Assembly: GCA_964195545.1 (NCBI GenBank)
Contig: CAXMQQ010000009.1
Coordinates: 1-61,506 of the forward strand
DNA: 61,506 nucleotides
From: an uncultured Acidimicrobiia bacterium
GTDB taxonomy: Bacteria > Actinomycetota > Acidimicrobiia > Spongiisociales > UBA5794
Direction of reading: 5' to 3'
The position numbers and the translations under genes were made by a program. Within the stretch, counting starts at the first letter, position 1. Each line of letters opens with the position of its first letter. The notes beneath the pieces are model-generated. The model ran no database searches, was not told where the DNA came from, and saw only the letters and a list, made by a program, of their open reading frames with translations. Positions 19,435 to 26,410 of this stretch are shown here, piece after piece.

Positions 19435-21393
19435 TCAGACACCCAGCTTGTCTGCCACCCAGCCGAGATCGAGTTCTTCAAGCGTCTCTCTGGGCGGGTT
19501 GCCGGTCTCCGGATCCCACCCTGCCAATCGGTAGTAGGTGTCAATGGCTTCGGCGATCGTCTCCCGATCCATCGTGGCACCGGCGCTCGGCCCATCCTGC
19601 AAGGGATCGTCATAGAGACGCTTCGGGAGCGTGTCCTGGTCGCGGGTGAGGCCCTCCCGAGCGTTGAATGCTCGCAGCAAGTTGATACGCCGGCGGCCGT
19701 ACGTGAGGAGGTCGTCGACCGTCGTCTCCATGCCGGTGACGGCCGTCACCACCGCTGCGAGGTCATCCATGCCGAGCAATTCCCAGCCCGGTCCGAAGAC
19801 GAACTGGCAGACGTTGGCGGTGTCCATCGCGGAGTAGGCGTACTGGGTCGTGAGGGCGTAGCGCACCTTCTCCTCGTTGAGAGAGTCGGCCGGCTGAGGG
19901 TTGGTCAAGCCGATGTCGGCCATGCGCTTCCCATATTTCTCCGGCCAGCTTGCAAGCGTCTTGGGCGTGTACATCCCGTCGTGCTCGCTGGATTGGTGAT
20001 CCGCCCCGAACGGATTCACTGCGTAGATGACGCCCAGCGTCGGCTTGACCTGAGGCATGTGCGCCGGAAGCTCGGCGCCCTTCACGGCGATGGAGAGGTC
20101 TTCTGCCCCGTTGCCGATTGTGGCGGCGGCCACAGCTGATCCCTCGGCAAGGATGTCACCAAAGCCGTCACGATGGAGCGTCTTCTCGAGCATGGCGATC
20201 ATCGCCTCGGCGTCGCCCCACTTCAGTTCAATGCCACCGGTGTCCTCAACGGTGATCAGGCCCTGCTCGAAACAATCAATCGCGAACGCCATCGTGGCAC
20301 CCGCAGCGATCGTGTCGACCCCGTATTGATTGCAGAGTTGATTCGCGTATGCGATCGCATGGAGATCGTCGATGCCGCAGTCGGATCCGAACATGGCCGC
20401 CGTCTCGTACTCGGGTCCTCCCGATTCAGGGTTGAGCACCTTGTCCATCCATTCGTCCTTGACGACTCTCTTGCATCGGACTGCACACGAATAGCAGGTG
20501 TCACGACCCTGCTTCAGCTTGCTGACTTCGTCGGTTCCGCGAAGGAGTTCGTCGAAGAGTCGCTCGCCGCCGATCTTCCTCGCAGCCTCGAACCCGAAGG
20601 ATCCGCTCTGGTAGTTCCGTGTCGGCAGACCTCCGACCGCACTCTGGCTTTCGAGAATGCCGATCGTGCCGTACTTGGCGAGCTCCCACACATCCTCATC
20701 GCCTCGAACGAGCGGTACCGCTCGCTGAACGATTGACCTCAGTGCCTCCGGGTCGGCCATCGGAAGCTTCTTCTTGCCTCCCCGAACGGCGATCGCCTTG
20801 AGCATCTTGCTCCCCATGACAGCCCCCATGCCGGTCCGTCCATGGGCGCGGGTTGCCATTGACATGATGGCGGCGAAGCGGACCTTCTTCTCACCCGCCG
20901 GTCCGACCTGGAGGACCTCGATGCGGTTGTCGTCGAGTTCGGTCTTGAGCGCCTGCTCGACTTCCAGTGTCGTCTCTCCCCACAGATGCGATGCATCACG
21001 CAGTTCGGCTTCCCCCTGGTTGATCCAGAGATACACCGGCTTTGGTGAGATGCCGCGAACCACGATTCCGTCGAACCCGGCGAACTTGAGTTCTGCCGGC
21101 CAAAACCCGCCGGCCTGGCTGTCGCCCGCACCCCCGGTGATGGGTGACTTGGCGACGACCGTGCATCGGCTCTGGCCGGCGATTGGTGCCCCGGTCGGTC
21201 CGGCAAGCATGAATGCCAAGGTGTTCTCTGGTCCGTACGGATCCACGCCGGCCGGCGTGTTCTTGAGGAGGTAGTAGAGGCCGAGCGCACTGCCACCCAG
21301 GTAGGTGCGGTATAGCTCGTCCGGCGGTTCCTCGATGTCGAGGGTTCCGGTGGTCAGATCGACATGAAGGATCTTCCCTGCAAAACCGAACAT
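19435..21393 (-). CDS. aor: Aldehyde:ferredoxin oxidoreductase (tungsten-pterin AOR family)
   Basis: 652 aa starting MFGFAGKILHVDLTTGTLDIEEPPDELYRTYLGGSALGLYYL, an AOR N-terminal domain. The CYSCAVRC motif (CxxCxxxC) matches the [4Fe-4S] ligands of AOR-family enzymes. Confidence 0.9.
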   Translation of the reverse strand: MFGFAGKILHVDLTTGTLDIEEPPDELYRTYLGGSALGLYYLLKNTPAGVDPYGPENTLAFMLAGPTGAPIAGQSRCTVVAKSPITGGAGDSQAGGFWPAELKFAGFDGIVVRGISPKPVYLWINQGEAELRDASHLWGETTLEVEQALKTELDDNRIEVLQVGPAGEKKVRFAAIMSMATRAHGRTGMGAVMGSKMLKAIAVRGGKKKLPMADPEALRSIVQRAVPLVRGDEDVWELAKYGTIGILESQSAVGGLPTRNYQSGSFGFEAARKIGGERLFDELLRGTDEVSKLKQGRDTCYSCAVRCKRVVKDEWMDKVLNPESGGPEYETAAMFGSDCGIDDLHAIAYANQLCNQYGVDTIAAGATMAFAIDCFEQGLITVEDTGGIELKWGDAEAMIAMLEKTLHRDGFGDILAEGSAVAAATIGNGAEDLSIAVKGAELPAHMPQVKPTLGVIYAVNPFGADHQSSEHDGMYTPKTLASWPEKYGKRMADIGLTNPQPADSLNEEKVRYALTTQYAYSAMDTANVCQFVFGPGWELLGMDDLAAVVTAVTGMETTVDDLLTYGRRRINLLRAFNAREGLTRDQDTLPKRLYDDPLQDGPSAGATMDRETIAEAIDTYYRLAGWDPETGNPPRETLEELDLGWVADKLGV

Positions 21394-21717
21394 GTCGTCC
21401 TCCCTGGTGGCACGGTGATGGGGTCACAATAGTTGAGTGGCCGGAGACGTATACAGCCCGGGGTGAGTGACCGACTGGATGTCATGGCGTGTCACGCCCC
21501 TTAGAATGGAGGGGCGATGGGGTCCGGCGATCACGGCGACATTGGCGTTGGAGAGTGTCCTAGCGACCTTCCACGTCGATAGCGGTGCAGCGTCGTGGAT
21601 GATGTATGCGGGAGCGACGATGAGGTCGCCCGGTTCCAGGGCCGAAGCACTCGGACTGCCATCGTCGGCACCGGCGAGCGTTCACCGACTGCCGACTGCC
21701 AGCCACCGACAACGCAA

Positions 21718-21756
21718 CAGGGAAGAGGAGAGCGCTCGTCGCACTCCTCTTCCCTG
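21718..21756 (-). terminator. Intrinsic terminator of the PadR-NfeD-SPFH operon
   Basis: CAGGGAAGAGGAG-13 nt-CTCCTCTTCCCTG forms a 13-bp perfect stem starting 20 nt after the SPFH stop. On the minus strand it is followed by TTGCGTTGT. Confidence 0.65.
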
Positions 21757-21775
21757 TTGCTTCCTTGTTGCTTAG

Positions 21776-22699
21776 CTACTCGGAGGAGCCGATGCCCGCG
21801 TCCGCGAAGATCTCGCCGATTGCACCGAGGGATCCGAGAATCCCGCTGGCTTCGAGCGGCAGGAAGAGCTTCGTCGCCTGACCGTTCGCGACGCCTTCGA
21901 GTGCCTCGAGATACTTGATGGCGATGAGGTCCGGTGTCGGGTTACCGTTGTGGATCGCTCCGTATACCCGTTCGACTGCCTGGCCTTCACCCTCGGCCAC
22001 CGTGAGCAGGCGGAACTTCTCGGCATCGGCGACTTCCCGGACCGCCTGTGCCTGACCCTCAGCCTCCAGGATTCGGGACTGTTTCACACCCTCGGCTTTG
22101 AGGATTTGGGACCGCTTCTCACCCTCGGCCTCGGTCACGACCGCTCGGCGCTCGCGCTCGGCTTTCATCTGACGGTGCATCGCCTGGGTGACGTCGACCG
22201 GCGGGTCGATCCGCTGGATCTCGACACGCACGACTCTCGTGCCCCAGACATCGGTCGCCTCGTCCAGGATCTCCCTGAGTTCAGTGTTGATCGTCTCGCG
22301 AGATGTCAGCGCGGAATCGAGGTCCATGTCTCCGATGACGTTACGAAGGTTCGTCTGGGCCAGCTTGGTTGCCGCGAGGATGAAGTTCGCCACGTTGTAC
22401 TTCAGCTTCACCGGATCGGTCGCCTGGTAGTAGACGACGGCGTCGACGGTGACGACCACGTTGTCCTTCGTGATGACCTCTTGCGGGGGCACGTCGACGA
22501 CCTGCTCTCGCATGTCGACCTTCCTCATCTTCTCGATGAATGGGACGATCATGTGGAAACCCGGGCCGACGGTCTTGCGGTACCGACCGAACCGTTCGAT
22601 GAGGCCCTGCTCGTGCTGCTGGACGATCTTGATGGCGAGTGCCACGTAGATCACGAGGAGCAGGATGAAGGCCAGGACTACTACTGCTGCTGCAGCCAT
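21776..22699 (-). CDS. SPFH/band-7 (stomatin/prohibitin-like) membrane scaffold protein
   Basis: 307 aa with an N-terminal TM ([22 protein letters not shown]). The SPFH core follows ([36 protein letters not shown]), then a coiled-coil region rich in Ala and Glu. Confidence 0.9.
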   Translation of the reverse strand: MAAAAVVVLAFILLLVIYVALAIKIVQQHEQGLIERFGRYRKTVGPGFHMIVPFIEKMRKVDMREQVVDVPPQEVITKDNVVVTVDAVVYYQATDPVKLKYNVANFILAATKLAQTNLRNVIGDMDLDSALTSRETINTELREILDEATDVWGTRVVRVEIQRIDPPVDVTQAMHRQMKAERERRAVVTEAEGEKRSQILKAEGVKQSRILEAEGQAQAVREVADAEKFRLLTVAEGEGQAVERVYGAIHNGNPTPDLIAIKYLEALEGVANGQATKLFLPLEASGILGSLGAIGEIFADAGIGSSE

Positions 22700-22742
22700 T
22701 GCTTTCCCTTTCTGTCAGATGGCTTGTTCGTTCCGTACATAT

Positions 22743-23543
22743 CTAGTCGGTGGCCGGGGGGAGTGGCTCCACGACGAAGCGGGTACCCCGTACTTCGACG
22801 ATTCTCACGACGGCGCCTTTCGGGATCTCGATGTCGGCGTCAACGGTGGCGCGCCACTCCTCCGTTCCCATCTTGACCATGCCGCTCGTATCGAAGTGAC
22901 CAACCGGCCGGAGGACGATCGCGTTCCGGCCGACGTACCGATCTGCCCCGGCCTGGGCGGAAACGTCGGACTCCTGTTCCTGCTTGGCGAACCGTTGAAG
23001 CACGGCCAGGAAGATGACCGAGATCACAACGAATGTGACGAGCTGGATCGGCACCGAGACTCCCATGAAGGCGAGGATCGCAGCGGCGACTGCGCCCACG
23101 GCGAAGGGGAGGAGGAAGAACCCTACGGTGAGGAGCTCTCCGATCGAGAGGATCACCGCTGCGGCGATCCAGATCCATCTCCATTGTTCAGCGTCCACAT
23201 CTGCTCCCTTCGGTGCGAGGATCGCTACGGCGGCAAATGCGATGCCGAGCAATCCGATCGTGAGCCAGATCCAGAGTGCGCTGGATCTGGTCTGAATGTA
23301 TTCGCGTCGATCGACTCGTGCCGAGCCGCGATAGGCAGCGGCCCAAGCTTCGGCGAACACCGCGAGGTCGGTGCCGATGACGCTACCAACAGACTGCCCG
23401 GCCGCGGTTGCCTCGCTGAGGTGATCGGTCAACTCGTTGCGCATCTCTCCGACTGTGTTGTCGGGAACGCCGGTATCTCTCCAGTAGCGGGCGCATTCGT
23501 TGACGGTTCTGTCAACGTTCCGGTCAGCCACGTTCACCTCCAT
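22743..23543 (-). CDS. NfeD-family membrane protein with an N-terminal HAAS/DUF1700-like helical domain
   Basis: The C-terminus is an NfeD OB domain (GRNAIVLRPV...GMVKMGTEEWRATV...GAVVRIVEVRGTRFVVEPL) preceded by 3-4 TM segments. The N-terminal ~75 aa (EMRNELTDHLSEATAAGQSVGSVIGTDLAVFAEAWAAAY) resemble the PadR-associated DUF1700/HAAS module. The start overlaps the PadR stop (ATG 23543, or GTG 23531). Confidence 0.75.
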   Translation of the reverse strand: MEVNVADRNVDRTVNECARYWRDTGVPDNTVGEMRNELTDHLSEATAAGQSVGSVIGTDLAVFAEAWAAAYRGSARVDRREYIQTRSSALWIWLTIGLLGIAFAAVAILAPKGADVDAEQWRWIWIAAAVILSIGELLTVGFFLLPFAVGAVAAAILAFMGVSVPIQLVTFVVISVIFLAVLQRFAKQEQESDVSAQAGADRYVGRNAIVLRPVGHFDTSGMVKMGTEEWRATVDADIEIPKGAVVRIVEVRGTRFVVEPLPPATD

Positions 23544-23859
23544 CCACTATCGCTGAGACTCCTGCGCTCAGATCATGCCACTCTTCCGTCCAGTCCTTGA
23601 GGCGGGTCTTCCCGGGCTTGACGATCCGGTAGTACTTCCGGGGTGGACCGCTCCCGTCTGCCTCGACGAAGTACCCCTCGACCAGTCCAGCTTTCTGGAG
23701 CCGCGAGAGCGTCGGATAGATACTGCCATCGCTCACGAGCTTGACGCCTCGTTTGTTCAGTTTCGCCGCCATCTCGTATCCATAGCTCGGTTCTTCGTCG
23801 ATGAGCGAGAGCAGGCACATGTCGAGTACTCCCTTGAGGAGTTGCGAGCTGTGATCCAC
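23524..23859 (-). CDS. PadR family transcriptional regulator
   Basis: 111 aa containing LLKGVLDMCLLSLIDEEPSYGYEMAAKL...SIYPTLSRLQKAGLVEGY...RKYYRIVKPGK, a canonical PadR winged helix. Confidence 0.9.
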   Translation of the reverse strand: MDHSSQLLKGVLDMCLLSLIDEEPSYGYEMAAKLNKRGVKLVSDGSIYPTLSRLQKAGLVEGYFVEADGSGPPRKYYRIVKPGKTRLKDWTEEWHDLSAGVSAIVDGGERG

Positions 23860-23910
23860 TGTCCACTCCTTCCAGCCCTTGTGATGTCAGATATCGTGGT
23901 TCATAGAATA

Positions 23911-23950
23911 CCTTGTATCAAGGAATATCATGGATTGGCTAAGTTGTCAA
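23911..23950 (-). promoter_or_regulatory. Candidate padR promoter (TTGACA-17-TATTCC) overlapped by a 13-bp palindrome (putative PadR operator)
   Basis: The minus strand reads cTTGACAacttagccaatccatgaTATTCCTTGATACAAGGtattc. The palindrome CCTTG-ATA-CAAGG (plus 23911-23923) overlaps the -10 region. The spacer is AT-rich. Confidence 0.4.
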
Positions 23951-24026
23951 GAAGATTGTCAGCTACGAGCTGTGAGCTACGAGCAAATAGCGACAGTCTC
24001 TCCGAACACCGACAACCGACGACCGA

Positions 24027-24953
24027 CTATGGACAGGCTGGTCGCCAGTCTGTCTCACCGAAGACTTGTGACAGCAGTTCATACAGGAGTGGGTCGTAGG
24101 CCCGGAGTTCGTCTCTGGTGTCGACGTGGTTGTGGATCTGGTCCTCCTCGTCGATCTCTTCGTTGTTGGCATCAAAGAACGATTGAACACCCTCGGCCCA
24201 GTACATGTCCGAGTTCACCTCGGCGACGGTGTTCCGCCACAGGTCGGCCGCTATGGCACGTCCGTAGGCAGCTTCGATGGCATGATCCAAGCCATGGTCG
24301 ACGAGGGCGATCCCGAACCGTCGGATCGTCCATCCGAAGTCGCGGACGAACATGTCTTCCCCCTCGAAGCGGTCGGATTCGAGGCACAGGAGATTCTCTT
24401 CGGATCCGGCGACAACCGGGATCTCTTCGGTGCCGGGGAAGGAGCGGCCGAGTCGGTGCCAATCGGTTCCCGGATGGATCTTGTAGACGTCCTCGAATTC
24501 GGGCAGATCCGTGATGCGTTGATCTTGCCCGATGACGGCGATACCGTCGATCGAGACGGCAACGGACCCGGCGAGGTCGGGTCGCTCGGCAAGCAGACCG
24601 GCCATCCGGGCGGCGGCAGCTTCGAGCGCTCGGTCGTCGATGGACTCCGCCGCAAAGATGGCGATACCGTGCTGTTCGCACGTCTTGCGGTAGAAATCAT
24701 CGTCGGTGCCGATGCCTTCGATCACGCACGTTGGCTGGGGAAGCGTCGTTGTAGTGGTCGGCGTGGAGGTCGTCGTCGTGGAGGTCGTCGTGGAGGGGAG
24801 CGCGGTCGTGGTCGGGGAGAGCGTGGAACTCGTGGTTGCCAGCGGGGCGAACGTTGTGGCTGTCGCGGTTTCGACCTCTTCGGACGCCGTCTGGCATCCG
24901 GCAGCAAGGAACGCTACTGCGCACAGCAACACGGTCGATCGGAGGGCTCGCAT
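24027..24953 (-). CDS. Secreted lipoprotein of unknown function with a Thr/Ser-rich linker
   Basis: The signal ends at a lipobox (AVAFLAAGC). A ~55-aa Thr/Ser/Pro linker follows, then a ~230-aa globular domain I cannot assign. Confidence 0.6.
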   Translation of the reverse strand: MRALRSTVLLCAVAFLAAGCQTASEEVETATATTFAPLATTSSTLSPTTTALPSTTTSTTTTSTPTTTTTLPQPTCVIEGIGTDDDFYRKTCEQHGIAIFAAESIDDRALEAAAARMAGLLAERPDLAGSVAVSIDGIAVIGQDQRITDLPEFEDVYKIHPGTDWHRLGRSFPGTEEIPVVAGSEENLLCLESDRFEGEDMFVRDFGWTIRRFGIALVDHGLDHAIEAAYGRAIAADLWRNTVAEVNSDMYWAEGVQSFFDANNEEIDEEDQIHNHVDTRDELRAYDPLLYELLSQVFGETDWRPACP

Positions 24954-25090
24954 AGAGCGAAGATGCTACGGGTCCCGCGGGCCAAGGACGGTATTCGCCC
25001 CAAATGCGCGTGTCATGGCCGCGAGCGCGCTAACTTGTCCACAGGGCATAACGGGCGGTTGTACATGCAACCGAACGAAATGGTAGGAAG

Positions 25091-26371
25091 ATGCGGTCAA
25101 GACACGACCGGATCCTCGATCTCGCCGAGCGCAGGCTGAGCCTCGGAGTTGAGCTGGGTATTATCCAGCGGAGAATCGAAGACGAAGAGCTCGATGGTGC
25201 ACTCATCACCATCGATGGTCGACGGATGGTCAATTTCAGTTCATGCTCGTACCTTGCTCTCGATCGCGACGACCGACTCAAGAAAGCCGCGATCGACGCT
25301 ACTGAGCGGTATGGCACCAGCTATTCGTCATCGCCGACGTATACGGCGCTTCCTCTCTATGACACCCTCGAGGAACGGCTCCGCTTGATCACGGGCGGGG
25401 CGGTAGCGATCGCTCAGACCACGACACTCGCTCATATCGCGGCTCTGCCGATCATGGTGTCTCCCGAGGATCTCGTTCTCATCGATGCTCAGACACACGA
25501 CTCCGTGCACCTTGCGACACAGAATCTGAAGGGTGCAGGTGTCCGTGTCGAAACGGTGCCACACAGTGATATTCCTGCACTCGAGCGACGATTGACCGAG
25601 TTGGCCGGTGATTTCAACCATGTCTGGTATCTCGCGGACGGCGTGTACTCGATGCACGGCGATCTTGCCCCGGTGAAACAGGTCGCTGCCTTGCAGGATC
25701 GGTTCGACAATCTCTACACCTACTACGACGACGCGCATGGTTTCGGATGGCAAGGGGAGAGAGGCAGGGGGTATGTGCTGTCAGAGACTCCTCTCAACGA
25801 ACGCATGGTCATGGCGGCGGGATTCGCCAAATCGTTTGGATCTGTCGGTGCCGTCTTGGCGTTCGGCGATCCGGCGATTGCACGCCGGGTGCGACTGGTT
25901 GGCGGTCCGTTGACGTTCTCCGGTCCGATACCACCGCCCGACCTTGGGGCGGCAACGGAGTCCGCAGCGTTCCATCTCTCTCCGGCATATGGCGATCGGC
26001 AGGCTCGGCTTCTTGAGGACATTGAATGGGTCCGGTCGGAATTCGTAAGACGCCAACTGCCTGTGGCATCGCTGGCGACAAGTCCGATCTGGTTCATCCG
26101 AGTCGGCTCCCCCGAACTTGTCGCCGAAATGATCCTGCGCCTCATGGGTGAGGGGTACTATCTCAATGCAGCCGCGTTCCCGGCTGTTGCGCTGGGCGAC
26201 GGAGGCGTCAGATTCGCTCAGACCCTCCACAACACACGCGGGCAACTAACCGGACTCCTGGACGCTATTGAGCATCATCTACCGCAGGTGACTTCCGATC
26301 CCGACATGGTCATTGACCTGAGATATGAGACCGATGTTCGTGTAACCGGCGCCGAGTCACACCGGGTCTGA
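25091..26371 (+). CDS. Alpha-oxoamine synthase family PLP enzyme (BioF/Kbl/SPT/CqsA superfamily)
   Basis: 426 aa with NFSSCSYLALDRDDRL, DDAHGFG and the PLP-lysine context AAGFAKSFGSVGAV. No biotin, threonine-dehydrogenase or sphingolipid genes lie nearby. Confidence 0.8.
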   Translation: MRSRHDRILDLAERRLSLGVELGIIQRRIEDEELDGALITIDGRRMVNFSSCSYLALDRDDRLKKAAIDATERYGTSYSSSPTYTALPLYDTLEERLRLITGGAVAIAQTTTLAHIAALPIMVSPEDLVLIDAQTHDSVHLATQNLKGAGVRVETVPHSDIPALERRLTELAGDFNHVWYLADGVYSMHGDLAPVKQVAALQDRFDNLYTYYDDAHGFGWQGERGRGYVLSETPLNERMVMAAGFAKSFGSVGAVLAFGDPAIARRVRLVGGPLTFSGPIPPPDLGAATESAAFHLSPAYGDRQARLLEDIEWVRSEFVRRQLPVASLATSPIWFIRVGSPELVAEMILRLMGEGYYLNAAAFPAVALGDGGVRFAQTLHNTRGQLTGLLDAIEHHLPQVTSDPDMVIDLRYETDVRVTGAESHRV

Positions 26372-26410
26372 TCGCTACACCTCGGTTCGATCCCTGCCGA
26401 TAGTTCAAAC

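Noticed and set aside
21467-21775. 102-aa plus ORF in the AOR upstream gap
   Set aside because: It runs through the SPFH terminator hairpin, has no Shine-Dalgarno sequence, and its product is non-protein-like.
24730-24860. DNA-level repetitiveness (GTCGTCGTGGAGG-type); similar tracts occur at 38700-38760 and 60770-60850
   Set aside because: These tracts are the coding sequence of the poly-Thr/Ser lipoprotein linkers. They are low-complexity coding DNA, not independent repeat elements.
24126-25139. 337-aa plus ORF with a (GGRRR)n-like tail
   Set aside because: It is antisense to the Thr-rich lipoprotein gene. The Gly/Arg repeats are the complement of the poly-Thr linker codons.
26376-26400. 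tRNA-like T-arm string GGTTCGATCCC
   Set aside because: The flanking bases do not form a T-stem. There is no acceptor, D or anticodon arm, and the 39-nt spacer is too short for a tRNA. No tRNA or rRNA was seen anywhere in the window.
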